DNA of 64,000 bases, taken from an uncultured delta proteobacterium. Lineage in GTDB: Bacteria > Myxococcota > Myxococcia > SLRQ01. The stretch's first letter is position 1; each line of letters starts with the position of its first letter. Positions 33,504 through 43,492 of the stretch are shown here, piece after piece. Location: the NCBI GenBank assembly GCA_963727485.1, contig CAVSGM010000003.1, forward strand, positions 352,001 to 416,000, written 5' to 3'. The position numbers were made by a program, and so were the translations under genes. The notes beneath the pieces are model-generated. The model had not been told where the DNA came from. It did not search any database and worked only from the letters and a program-made list of their open reading frames with translations.

Positions 33504-33773
33504 GGGCTTCGATTTAGAACAACGCGCGCCGCCCGGCCATGGGGCGCGTGTCAGGCGCCTGCGACAGGGGCGCGCGCGGCGCCTAGCACTGTGGGCCGCA
33601 GGGCGCAAGGGTCAGAACGATCCGGTGCGCCTCTCGCCCCCTTGGAATCATGCCGAAAGTGGGTTGACGCTTTGGATCCCCGTGTGATCTAAACACGCGT
33701 GCCATCGGCGAGCGCGGATCGCGATCGGGACCAGGTGGCGACAACACTCCATACCTTTTGTGGGGAGAACGAT

Positions 33774-34088
33774 ATGACCCAGGGTCAGTTCAAGAAGGAT
33801 TGGGCCGTCATGGTCCAGAAGCGGTTCGAGGGCGCCACCAAGAAGGAGGCCACCGGCCTCCTCGAGGACCTCGTCGGCTACATCGCCAAGAACAGCAAGA
33901 AGGCCGAGAAGGTGAACATCCCCGGCCTCGGCATCTTCACCGTGCGCAGCCGTCCGGCGCGCTGGGGCCGCAACCCCCAGACCGGTGAGAAGATCCGGAT
34001 CAAGGCGTCGAAGAAGATCGCCTTCCGTGCCGCCAAGGCCTTCAAGGAGGCCACCGGCACCGCGAAGAAGCCCGCCGCCGCCAAGTAG
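33774..34088 (+). CDS. HU/IHF-family DNA-binding protein
   Basis: IPGLGIF...R.AR.GRNPQTGE.I.I.A....F.A.K.FK. Confidence 0.93.
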   Translation: MTQGQFKKDWAVMVQKRFEGATKKEATGLLEDLVGYIAKNSKKAEKVNIPGLGIFTVRSRPARWGRNPQTGEKIRIKASKKIAFRAAKAFKEATGTAKKPAAAK

Positions 34089-34112
34089 GGCGTCGGTCGC
34101 TTCGCGACTGCG

Positions 34113-34152
34113 AGAGGGGTCCCGGGTTCGCCCGCGGACCCCTTTCTTTTTT
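34113..34152 (+). terminator. Rho-independent terminator after HU gene
   Basis: GC stem (AGAGGGGTCCCGGG / TTCG loop / CCCGCGGACCCCTTT) followed by a T-rich tract. Confidence 0.8.
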
Positions 34153-34169
34153 CCGTCGCCGCCCTACCA

Positions 34170-35640
34170 ATGGACGCCATGGAGACACGCAGCTTCAAGC
34201 ACTTCGTTGGCGGCGAGTGGGTCGGCTCCGAGAAGACCCGCGACGTCGTCTACCCCTGGGACGGCTCGGTGGTGGGGACGGTGCAGCTCGCCGGCCCCGA
34301 GTCGGTGGAGCGGGCCATCGAGGCGGCGGTCCACGTGGCGGACGAGCTGGCGCGCACCCCGGCGCACCGGCGCGCCGCCTGGCTCGAGGGGATCGTCGAC
34401 GGGATCCGCGCGCGGCGCGACACGCTCGTCGACCTCATCATCCACGAGGGCGGCAAGCCCCGGCGCTTCGCCGAGGGCGAGGTGGCCCGGGCGATCCAGA
34501 CCTTCACCCTCGGCGTCGAGGCGGCGCGATCGCTGGGCGGCGAGGTGATCCCCATCGACGCCGTCCCCAGCGGCGAGGGGCGGATTGGGATCACCCGGCG
34601 CTTCCCCAAGGGGCCGGTGGCGGCGATCACGCCCTTCAACTTTCCCTTGAACCTGGTGGCCCACAAGGTGGCGCCGGCGCTCGCCGCCGGGTGCCCCCTG
34701 GTCCTCAAGCCCGCCGACGAGACCCCGCTCTCGAGCCTGGTGCTCGCCGAGATCGCCGAGGAGGCCGGCGTCCCGGCCGGGGCCTTCAACGTGATCCCCT
34801 GCGAGGTCGCCGACGCGGCGCCGCTCACCGAGGATCGGCGGATCCAGGTGCTCACCTTCACCGGCAGCGCCCGGGTGGGCTGGCAGCTCAAGCGCCAGGC
34901 GGGCAAGAAGCGGGTCCTCCTCGAGCTTGGGGGCAACGCCGCCGCCATCGTCCACGCCGACGCCGACCTCGACCACGCCGTCGAGCGCTGCGCCTACGGC
35001 GCCTTCGCCCACGCCGGGCAGGTGTGCATCTCGGTGCAGCGCGTCTACGTGCACCGCTCCGTCTATGAGCCCTTCGTCGACGCGCTCACGGCCGCGGCGA
35101 AGGACACCCCCGTCGGCGATCCCGACGACGGCGCCACGGTGTGCGGGCCGCTGCGGGCGGACCAGGACGCCGACCGCCTCGAGCGGTGGATCACCGAGGC
35201 CCGGGACGCCGGCGCCACCATCCGCTGCGGCGGCGAGCGCCACGGCCGGATCGACCCCCCCGACGGTGATCACCGGCGCCGACCCCAAGCTGCCCATCTC
35301 CTGCCAGGAGGCCTTCGGGCCGGTGGTGGTCGTCTACCCCTACGACGACCTCGACGCGGCGATTGCCGAGGTCAACGACTCGGACTACGGGCTCCAGGCG
35401 GGGATCTTCACCAACGACCTGGCCGCGACCTTCCGCGCCTTCGAGCGCCTCGCCGTCGGCGGGGTGATCCACAACGACGTGCCGACGTTCCGCGTGGACC
35501 ACATGCCCTACGGCGGGGTGAAGGACTCGGGGATGGGGCGCGAGGGCGTGCGCTACGCCATCGACGACCTCACCGAGCTCCGGGTGCTGGTGCTGAAGCC
35601 CCGGGCCAGGCCCGGGGCGGTCAGCGTGCTCAGGGGCTGA
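34170..35640 (+). CDS. Aldehyde dehydrogenase; one +1 frameshift at ~35255
   Basis: TPFNFP, FTGS, LELGGN, GQVCIS; then EAFGP, YGLQAG, PYGGVKDSG.GREG in the next frame. Confidence 0.9.
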
Positions 35641-36871
35641 CGTCGCCGGTGGCGTTGCCGGAGTAGGTGTTTCCCGCTTCCTGCAGGGCGCCCTTGGTGT
35701 CACCGGGGTTGGCCGGATGCAGGAACACGCCCCAGCCCGCGCTGTCGCGGACGGTGCTGCTGTTCATCACCAGGCGGCTGCCCGAGTCCACGCCGATGTT
35801 GGTGGGCTCCGAGCCGTCGCTGAGGACGGTGGGCCCGCCGCCGTAGGCGATCTCGGCGAAGCCCAGCTCGTTGGCGGTGGAGGCGGTGGCGAAGTTGATC
35901 CCCCGCCAGGAGCCCGCGGTCTCCACCACGCCGGTGATCACGATGGGGGCCGCGGCGGTGCCCACCGCGTGGAAGGAGCCATCCCCCACGGGGTTGCCGA
36001 TGTGGATCGCCGAGTCGCGCGCCATCGCGAGCTGGGCGCCGGCCTCCACCACCACGTTGCCCGAGATGCCGACGTCCCCGGTCACCTGGTAGGGCACGTC
36101 CAGGGCGTGGATCGTGAGGTCGTCACCCACCGGCCCGCCAACGATGCTCACATACGGGGCCGCGGTGTTGCCCGCGAAGGTGGACGCGCCGTCGGGGACG
36201 CCGAGCATCGCGGCCGGCAACACCATGGCGGCGCCGGCGTTGCCCTCAAACGTGTTTCCCGAGAAGGCGGGGATCTGCGGGGACTCGCCGGCCAGGGTGG
36301 TCACCTGGATGCCGGCGGCCGCGCCGTCCGTGAAGGTGGCGTTGGCGATCTTGAGGCGGCCGCTGAAGCTGATGCGCACGCTGGCCGGGTCCTCGTAGCC
36401 GACGCCCATGGAGCCACTCCCGGCGTCCGCCACCGTCACCCGGTTCAGCTCGTTCGCGGTCGACGCGGAGCCGAAGGCGATGCCCTTCCAGAACCCGGCG
36501 CTCTGCGTCTTGCCGCGGAAGACGATGGGCGCGGCGGCGCTCCCGACCGCGGAGAGCGACCCCTGGCCGGTGGCGTTGCCGACGATGAGGCAACCATCCC
36601 GCTGGAACTCGATGACCACCCCCGGATCCACCACCAGGTTGGCGCTGACGGCGAGGCAGCCGGAGACCTCGTAGTCCGGGACGGTCCCCGGGCGGAGGTC
36701 GGTGAGCGTGGTGTCGGTGTCGATGTTGGCGTCGATGAGCTGGGGGCCCGACGGAGTGCCGGGGCCACCGGGCCCGCAACCGGTGCTCCAGGCGCCGATC
36801 AGAATCGTGGCGCCGAGCCGGGCCACCTGCCTCAGACGCGCACGCACGTGTCCTGCGGATGAAAGCTTCAT
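35630..36871 (-). CDS. Lipoprotein with right-handed parallel beta-helix-like repeats, internally duplicated
   Basis: Lipobox STGC; two copies of G.GS..AVG.AAAPIV..G....AG.W.GI.F..ASTANEL. Confidence 0.75.
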   Translation of the reverse strand: MKLSSAGHVRARLRQVARLGATILIGAWSTGCGPGGPGTPSGPQLIDANIDTDTTLTDLRPGTVPDYEVSGCLAVSANLVVDPGVVIEFQRDGCLIVGNATGQGSLSAVGSAAAPIVFRGKTQSAGFWKGIAFGSASTANELNRVTVADAGSGSMGVGYEDPASVRISFSGRLKIANATFTDGAAAGIQVTTLAGESPQIPAFSGNTFEGNAGAAMVLPAAMLGVPDGASTFAGNTAAPYVSIVGGPVGDDLTIHALDVPYQVTGDVGISGNVVVEAGAQLAMARDSAIHIGNPVGDGSFHAVGTAAAPIVITGVVETAGSWRGINFATASTANELGFAEIAYGGGPTVLSDGSEPTNIGVDSGSRLVMNSSTVRDSAGWGVFLHPANPGDTKGALQEAGNTYSGNATGDVSP

Positions 36872-37080
36872 TGGTCCTCCCCAACGGGTGTAGGTGCACC
36901 TAGGCAGTGAGCACCCCACCCCCGGGGTGTCTCGCGACCACTGCCGAGGAGACGCTACCGGATAGGGCGCCCTGCTGCCAGCAAGCGGCGCCTCCATAGG
37001 ACCCCTACGCCAAGACCCGGGACCGGGTGCCGCGCGTCGCGCGATGGCACGGGCCGGTGCCTCGGCGTATCCTGGTCGAG

Positions 37081-38139
37081 ATGCCCTGGCGTCCCCGAAA
37101 GCCCCTGCTCCTCGCCGGCGCGGCCCTCGACCAGCTCTTCGTCGCCGCCACCTTCAAGAGCCCCCGGGCCGTCCGCCGGGCCCTGGACCAGGTCACCGTG
37201 GAGAAGCTCGACCGCCTCGGCGAGCTCTACCGCGCCGCGGACACCGAGGGCCGGCTCTTCCCCGAGGTCGACACGCCCTGGCCCTCGACCACCCCGGTCC
37301 GCGACCTCGAGGGCGGCCAGGTCGTCGACCTCGCCTGGCCGAGCGCCTGGAAGCCCCTGCACCCGGACTACGGGCGGATCCTCGACGCGGTGCCCCAGAC
37401 CCGCACCGCCCACGCGAGGTGGCTCAAGCACCGCACGCCGGCGCCGGCGATCATCACCATCCACGGGTGGGGCGCCGGGCGCTTTGGCCTCGAGGAGCGC
37501 GCGTTTCGCGCCGAGTGGCTCTACCGCCGGGGCCTCGACGTGCTCCTGTTCACCCTCCCGTTCCACGCCCGGCGCGGGGCCGGGGGCCTGGCGATGCCGG
37601 CGTTCCCCTCGACGAACCCGGTGCGCACCAACGAGGGCCTCGCCCAGGCCATCGGCGATCTTCGCGGGTTGGTGCAGCTGTTGAAGGATCGCGGCGCGCC
37701 GTCGGTGGGGATCATGGGCATGAGCCTCGGGGGGTTCACCACCTCGCTGGCGGCGACGGTGATCCCGGACCTCGCCTACGCGATCCCGATGATCCCGGTG
37801 GCGTCGCTCGCGGGGCTGATGTGGCACAACGGCGACGGCACCGAGGCGCGCCGCGACGCCGAGCGCCAGGGGCTCACCAAGGACCGCTTCGTCGACGCCT
37901 TCGCCGCCACCGCGCCCACCGAGCGGGCGCCGAAGGTCGATCCCGACCGGGTGCTGGTGATCGCCGGGAAGCGCGACCGGGTGATCCCCGGCGAGCACGC
38001 CGAGCGCCTCAAGGGCCACTTCGACGCCCGGGAGGTGGTGCTCTTCCCAGGCTCGCACCTGATGCAGACCGGGCGCGACGTGGCCTTCGGGGCGGTCCTC
38101 GATCTCCTCGAGGAGCTGAAGGTCGTGCCGCGGGGCTGA
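37081..38139 (+). CDS. Alpha/beta hydrolase (ABHD18-like)
   Basis: IHGW, LPFH..R, nucleophile GMSLGG, D (RDRVI) and H (GSH). Confidence 0.85.
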   Translation: MPWRPRKPLLLAGAALDQLFVAATFKSPRAVRRALDQVTVEKLDRLGELYRAADTEGRLFPEVDTPWPSTTPVRDLEGGQVVDLAWPSAWKPLHPDYGRILDAVPQTRTAHARWLKHRTPAPAIITIHGWGAGRFGLEERAFRAEWLYRRGLDVLLFTLPFHARRGAGGLAMPAFPSTNPVRTNEGLAQAIGDLRGLVQLLKDRGAPSVGIMGMSLGGFTTSLAATVIPDLAYAIPMIPVASLAGLMWHNGDGTEARRDAERQGLTKDRFVDAFAATAPTERAPKVDPDRVLVIAGKRDRVIPGEHAERLKGHFDAREVVLFPGSHLMQTGRDVAFGAVLDLLEELKVVPRG

Positions 38140-38385
38140 GCCGACCGGGCCCGCGCTCGCCGCCGGCGACGATCCCCGTGACATCGTAGAGGCACAGGGA
38201 GCACTGGTCGAGCACACCGGGTTCACCGGCGGTGCAGGCGGCGGCGTTGGTGAGGGTGAGGTCGAAGCTCTTCGCGGTCTCGTCGCCGTTGGCAAAGACG
38301 AGGTTGTTGAAGAGCTCGAAGGACTGGGCCCTCGGCGCGTCGTGCTCTACCCCGTGGCCTGTGTTGCTGGCGATGAGGTCGTACT
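38140..38385 (-). pseudogene. Fragment of a beta-helix-type secreted protein
   Basis: Startless coding-like stretch LIASNTGHGVEHDAPRAQSFELFNNLVFANG...CTAGEPGVLDQCSLCLYD with GC3 bias. Confidence 0.4.
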
Positions 38386-38761
38386 CGCGGTGGAGGCCGG
38401 TCGGCTCACCTACAGCGGGGACGTCTCCACGCTCCATGGTTCCTTCGTTGCGTCTGACACGGTGGGCCTCAACGGCTCCTCGGTGACGCTCAAGTGGGTA
38501 ATGGGGGACGCCTTCAATCAGTACGCAACGACGGTGTATCTGCGCACCCACACCACAAGCGACCCGAACCCCGAGCTCAAGGGCGTGGCGACCCTCACCG
38601 GGAAGCTCTCCGGCGCCACCCTGAGCCTTCACGGCGTGGACACCTACACCGATGCGAGCACCGGCAAGGTCCTGGAGACCGACGACTGGCCGAGGCTGAA
38701 GCTGTTTCGGGTAACCGCGTGCCCGTTCACCGGGGCGCCGCCGTGGCCTCGGCATGGGTGA
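38380..38761 (+). pseudogene. 5'-truncated paralog of the downstream lipoprotein
   Basis: LTYSG...VTLKWVM.DAF..YAT...SDP...TG.L...TLSLH....TDASTGKVLET aligns with the C-terminal two-thirds of 38758-39348; no signal peptide; TGA overlaps the next GTG. Confidence 0.55.
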
Positions 38762-39348
38762 CGTGGCGCGTGCACCGGCTCGCGGGCGTAGTCCTCGTCC
38801 TCGCCATCGCCTCCTGCGGCAGCGGCCCCACCGGCTTCGACGGCTTCTGGTGGGCGTCGTACCAGGACAACGGCGGCCGGGCCTTGTGGCTTGCCGCCGG
38901 CCAGGGCCGCAGCGGGCGCGTCTGGACCATGGCGGCCTTCCCCCTCGACTTCGCCCACACCGAGACCGTCGCCAACTGCCGGAACCAGTGGGCGCAGCAT
39001 GGCGCCGAGGTCACGTACACGGGCGCGCCCGACTTCATCGAGGCCCAAGGGGAGGTGGCCGAGTCCCGGCTCACCGTCTCCCAGGGCGTCGCTACCCTCA
39101 CCTGGAAGATGAGCCAGGCGTTCGAGGACCAGGCCACGCAGGCGTGGCTCGCCGACCACCCCTCGGCGGACCCCAGCCTGAAGGTGCACACCAAGCTGAG
39201 CGCCACCGGGCTGCTCCCGGACCCCAACACCCTGGACCTCCACCTCGAGGTCCTGGTCACCGACGCCCGCACCGGCAACGTGCTCACCACCGAGGCCTCC
39301 GACTGGCGGTTCCACCGCCTCGGGGCCTGTGCCCTCTCTCCCATGTGA
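38758..39348 (+). CDS. Lipoprotein of unknown function
   Basis: Signal peptide with lipobox IASC; beta-rich; GTGA overlap with the upstream paralog. Confidence 0.7.
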   Translation: MTWRVHRLAGVVLVLAIASCGSGPTGFDGFWWASYQDNGGRALWLAAGQGRSGRVWTMAAFPLDFAHTETVANCRNQWAQHGAEVTYTGAPDFIEAQGEVAESRLTVSQGVATLTWKMSQAFEDQATQAWLADHPSADPSLKVHTKLSATGLLPDPNTLDLHLEVLVTDARTGNVLTTEASDWRFHRLGACALSPM

Positions 39349-39454
39349 GCGGGTATCCGGGCGACCCCGCGCCGGTGCCTCTCGCCCGCGTGTCCCGCGC
39401 CCGAGCGTGCCCTACCTTGAAGCCGATGGGGGGGCGCCGGGGACCGGGCCCGGC

Positions 39455-39483
39455 TTGACGCGGTGCATCATCCTGCCTAGCGT
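39455..39483 (+). promoter_or_regulatory. sigma70-type promoter with overlapping palindrome (EMC operon 1)
   Basis: TTGACG-N17-TAGCGT; contains TGACGC-GGT-GCATCA. Confidence 0.7.
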
Positions 39484-39547
39484 ACCCGGCACCGCGATCG
39501 CCGATTGGGAGCGGTCAGCGCCAGCCACCAGACCAACGGAGGAACCA

Positions 39548-40702
39548 ATGGCCTACAAGGCAGACGCCTGGGTGCTCTACGCCGGCAAGTCGGACACCCC
39601 CGAGCGGGCGAAGCTCGTCCGGGAGACCATCGAGATCGACGCGCTGAAGGCGAACGAGGTCCTCGCCGAGCCCCTCTACGGGTGCTGGGAGGGGAACATG
39701 GGCCACGCCCTCGATCGCACGCCGGTCGACATCTGCAAGCAGCGCGGCGAGGAGAAGGTGGTCCTCGGCAACGCCGGGGTGGTGCGCATCAAGGAGGTGG
39801 GCAAGGACGTGAAGAACGTCGAGCCCGGCCAGCGCGCCATCATCTTCTGCAACGGCGAGGAGGACGAGTGGGGCTACCCCAAGAAGATCATGGGCTTCGA
39901 CGCGCCCGGGTCCATGGGGTGCCTCGCCACCAAGATGAAGATGACCGAGCGCCAGGTCATCCCCATCCCCGACGACACCAAGCACTCGCTGGCCCAGTGG
40001 GCGGCGTTCTCGCTTCGCTACGTCACCGCCTGGAGCAACTGGGAGCTCGCCCACGGGACCTTCCGGCTCCTGGTGAGCTGGGACGAGATGGCCTCGCCGC
40101 ATGTGTGGGGCTGGGGCGGCGGGGTGACGCTGGCCGAGCTCGACCTGGCGCGCCGCCACGGGTGCCGCACGGTGATGCTCTCGGGGAACGAGAAGCGCCT
40201 CCAGACCATCGCCAAGGTCGGGGTGACGCCCCTGAACCGCAAGCAGTGGGGGCCCCTGTCCTTCGACGAGGCGCGCTACAAGGCCGACCCCGAGTACAAG
40301 AAGGCGTACCGGGAGGCCGAGCAGGGCTTCCTCGAGGCGGTCACCGAGAAGACCAAGGGCCGGATGGTCCAGATCTTCGTCGACTACGTGGGTGGCCCGG
40401 TCTACCGGCCGACCCTCAAGGCGCTCTCCCGCGAGGGCATCATCACCACCGCCGGCTGGAAGGAGGGGATGAAGCTGTGGGACCTCCGGGCGGTGGAGTG
40501 CATCGAGCGCCACCAGCACATCCACACCCACTACGCCCGCTACCCCCAGGGGTGGAAGGCGGTGGCCTACGCCGAGGCCAACGGGTGGATGCCGCTGGTC
40601 GACGATTGGGTCTACGGCTTCGACGAGGTCCCCGAGCTCGCCGAGAACTACGACTGCGGGAAGGTCGACTGCTTCCCCACCTTCTCCATCAACGCCGAGT
40701 AG
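39548..40702 (+). CDS. Divergent crotonyl-CoA carboxylase/reductase-like MDR enzyme
   Basis: MDR layout without zinc ligands. CWEGN, IMGFD, YVTAW, VWGWGGG and HTHYA match by eye the Ccr motifs VNYN, IWGFE, STAY, IWGASGG and GSHFA. First gene of an operon with mcl- and mcd-like genes. Confidence 0.65.
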   Translation: MAYKADAWVLYAGKSDTPERAKLVRETIEIDALKANEVLAEPLYGCWEGNMGHALDRTPVDICKQRGEEKVVLGNAGVVRIKEVGKDVKNVEPGQRAIIFCNGEEDEWGYPKKIMGFDAPGSMGCLATKMKMTERQVIPIPDDTKHSLAQWAAFSLRYVTAWSNWELAHGTFRLLVSWDEMASPHVWGWGGGVTLAELDLARRHGCRTVMLSGNEKRLQTIAKVGVTPLNRKQWGPLSFDEARYKADPEYKKAYREAEQGFLEAVTEKTKGRMVQIFVDYVGGPVYRPTLKALSREGIITTAGWKEGMKLWDLRAVECIERHQHIHTHYARYPQGWKAVAYAEANGWMPLVDDWVYGFDEVPELAENYDCGKVDCFPTFSINAE

Positions 40703-40724
40703 TCACGAGATTCCAGGAGACGTC

Positions 40725-41867
40725 ATGACCGACTTCACCGAGGTCCGGGAGCAGATCCGCGCCGCCCAGAAGATCCACCGCGCCGAGGCGGAGATGATCC
40801 GGGGCGCCAAGGTGCCCTACTACCGCCGCGGGGAGATGAGCATCCCGGGGTTCAAGATGAAGGCCGGGGGCGACCCGGAGAAGGACGCCCGTCAGACCTC
40901 GCTCAAGCTCATGGGCAAGGCGGCGACGCTGCCGGTGGACTTCTTCTTCTACGACCTCGAGGACGCCTCCCCGGACAACCCCGACTTCAAGCCCTTTGCC
41001 CGGCGCTTCGTGATCGAGGCCTTCCAGGAGCTTCAGTTCGGCGACCGGGTGCGGGCGTTTCGGCCCAACAACATCCGCACCGCCTACTTCGAGGACGACC
41101 TGGTGGAGGTGGTCGGGGCCATCGGCGACAAGCTCGACGCCATCGTGCTCCCCAAGAGCGAGAACGCCGAGGAGGTCGCCGACGTGCAGAAGGCGCTGCG
41201 GGCGATCCAGAAGGCGGCCGGCCGCGACCACCGCATCGCCATCGAGGTGCTCATCGAGTCGCCCAAGGCCTTCACCCAGATCGACCGCATCGCCGCCCTC
41301 GACGACGTCTCGGCGCTGATCTTCGGGGCCTGGGACTTCGCCCGGACCATCGGCGGCCGGGTGGAGCCGGAGACCTGGCTCGCCGACCAGGGGACCGCGC
41401 GCCAGATGCTCCCCATCGTCGCCGCCGCCCATGGCAAGGACGCCGTCGACGCGGTGACCGCGACGCTCCCCATCCGCGCCAAGGACCCGAACGACACCGA
41501 GGCCGCCGAGCGGCACCGCCGGGCCCTGGAGCTGGCCCGCCGCGACGCCGACGAGGCCCGGCGCATCGGCTACGCCGCCAAGTGGATCCTCCACCCGGAC
41601 CAGATCGCGCCCATCCAGGGGGCCTGGACCCCGGAGCAAGGCGTGGCCCAGGCGGCCCTGAAGCTGGTGGCCACCTACGCCCGCGCCGCGGAGACCGGCT
41701 CCGGCGCCGAGGTCCACGGAGAGCAGCTCGCCGACAAGGCGGTGGTCGGGACCGAGTGGTGGAACGTGCGCGCGGCGCTCAAGGCCGGGGTCCTCACGGA
41801 CGCCGACGTGCAGGCCACCGGCTACACCCTCGACAAGCTCGAGCGCACCGTGAGGACCCGGGACTGA
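40725..41867 (+). CDS. CitE/HpcH-family CoA-ester lyase, likely malyl-CoA/beta-methylmalyl-CoA lyase
   Basis: DLEDA, RPN, LPK, IES, G..DF, KWILHPDQI and a C-terminal Asp (LADKA); EMC context. Confidence 0.75.
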   Translation: MTDFTEVREQIRAAQKIHRAEAEMIRGAKVPYYRRGEMSIPGFKMKAGGDPEKDARQTSLKLMGKAATLPVDFFFYDLEDASPDNPDFKPFARRFVIEAFQELQFGDRVRAFRPNNIRTAYFEDDLVEVVGAIGDKLDAIVLPKSENAEEVADVQKALRAIQKAAGRDHRIAIEVLIESPKAFTQIDRIAALDDVSALIFGAWDFARTIGGRVEPETWLADQGTARQMLPIVAAAHGKDAVDAVTATLPIRAKDPNDTEAAERHRRALELARRDADEARRIGYAAKWILHPDQIAPIQGAWTPEQGVAQAALKLVATYARAAETGSGAEVHGEQLADKAVVGTEWWNVRAALKAGVLTDADVQATGYTLDKLERTVRTRD

Positions 41868-43492
41868 TGGCCGCCACCGTGGCGAAGGCCGAGGCGGCGC
41901 TGAAGCGCGCCCGGGAGGTCCTGGATCGGGTCGCGACGCATCTGGCGAAGCAGGTCGACGGCGGCGGCCGGGTCTCGACCAAGAAGCTCGACGCCATCCA
42001 GCCCGAGGCCTTCGGCTTTGCCCGGCGCCTCGCCGAGCTCACCGCCGCCGAGGCGCTGCTCGCCTGGGGGAAGGCCCACGGCGACCACGAGCAGGCCCTG
42101 GCCATCACCTACGCCGCCACCGTGAGCGCCGAGCTGGCCAGGTGGCTGCGGTTCCAGGAGGCCGAGCTCGGCGCGGTTGCCGCCACCCTCGACGCCGACG
42201 CGTCCTTCGTCACCGCGGCCCTGTCCACCGCGCGCCTGGTGTCGCTGGGCGGCGCGCTCCTCGATCGCGACGCCGACCCCGAGGGCGCCCGGGGCCTGAC
42301 CGAGGACCACCTGCCCATCCAGCGCGAGTTCGCCCGCTTCGCCGACGAGCAGGTGGCCCCGGTGGCCGAAGAGATCCACCGCCACGACCGGCTCATCCCC
42401 GAGCCGCTCTTGAAGGCCATGGGCGAGCTGGGGGTCTTCGGGATCTCGGTCCCCGAGGCCTACGGCGGCACCTACATCGACCACACCACCATGATCGTCG
42501 CCACCGAGGAGCTGTCCCGGGCGTCGCTGGGGGCCGGGGGCTCGGTGATCACCCGCCCGGAGATCGCCGCCAAGGCGGTGCTCGCCGGGGGCACCGAGGC
42601 GCAGAAGCAGACGTGGCTCCCCCGCTTCGCCTCCGGGGAGAAGATTGTCAGCGTCGCCGTCACCGAGCCCGACGCCGGCTCCGACGTCGCCCGGGTGAAG
42701 GTCACCGCCCGGAAGGTCGACGGGGGCTACGCCATCAGCGGCGAGAAGACCTGGTGCACCTTCGCGGGCCGCGCCGACGTCTTCGTGCTCCTGGCGCGTA
42801 CCGGCAGCGCCGACGAGGGCCACCGGGGCCTCACCCTCTTCCTGGTGGAGAAGCCCGGGCAGCCCGCGGGAGAGGGCGACGAGTACCACTTCGTCCACGC
42901 CCAGGACGGCGGCGGCCGCTGCGAGGGCCGCGCCATCCCCACCGTGGGCTACCGGGGGATGCACAGCTTCTCGGTGAGCTTCGAGGACTACTTCGTCCCC
43001 GACGAGAACCGCCTCGGCGACGAGGGCCGTGGCTTCTACCTCCAGATGAAGGGCTTCGAGGGCGGGCGCATCCAGACCGCGGCCCGGGCCGTGGGGGTGA
43101 TGGAGGCCGCCTTCCGCGCCGCGCTCCAGTACGCCCGCGACCGCAAGGTCTTCGGCCAGGCGCTCGCCGACTACGCCCTGACCCGGGTGAAGCTGGTGGA
43201 GATGGCCACGCGCATCCAGGCCGGCCGCCAGCTCGCCTACGTGGTCGGCGCCCTGATGGACGACGAGCAGGGCGCCATGGAGGCGTCCCTGGTGAAGTTC
43301 CTCGCCTGCCGCGACGCCGAGTGGGTGACCCGGGAGGCGATGCAGCTCCACGGGGGCATGGGCTACTCCGAGGAGTACCCGGTCTCGCGCTACTGGCAGG
43401 ACGCCCGGGTGCTCTCGATCTTCGAGGGCGCCGAGGAGGTGCTCGGCCTGCTGGTCATCGCCCGGCAGGCCCTGGGCGCGAAGCTCGGCTGA
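41867..43492 (+). CDS. mcd: (2S)-methylsuccinyl-CoA dehydrogenase-like acyl-CoA dehydrogenase
   Basis: 541 aa with the ~140-aa N-terminal extension of Mcd; EELSR, TRPEIA, TEPDAGSD, GYRGM, RIQTAARA, DARVLSIFEGA. Confidence 0.8.
   Translation: MAATVAKAEAALKRAREVLDRVATHLAKQVDGGGRVSTKKLDAIQPEAFGFARRLAELTAAEALLAWGKAHGDHEQALAITYAATVSAELARWLRFQEAELGAVAATLDADASFVTAALSTARLVSLGGALLDRDADPEGARGLTEDHLPIQREFARFADEQVAPVAEEIHRHDRLIPEPLLKAMGELGVFGISVPEAYGGTYIDHTTMIVATEELSRASLGAGGSVITRPEIAAKAVLAGGTEAQKQTWLPRFASGEKIVSVAVTEPDAGSDVARVKVTARKVDGGYAISGEKTWCTFAGRADVFVLLARTGSADEGHRGLTLFLVEKPGQPAGEGDEYHFVHAQDGGGRCEGRAIPTVGYRGMHSFSVSFEDYFVPDENRLGDEGRGFYLQMKGFEGGRIQTAARAVGVMEAAFRAALQYARDRKVFGQALADYALTRVKLVEMATRIQAGRQLAYVVGALMDDEQGAMEASLVKFLACRDAEWVTREAMQLHGGMGYSEEYPVSRYWQDARVLSIFEGAEEVLGLLVIARQALGAKLG

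Noticed and set aside
33664..33695. TTGACG upstream of the HU gene as a third copy of the EMC operator
   Set aside because: The right half-site (GCGTCA-like) is missing and the -10 spacing is poor.
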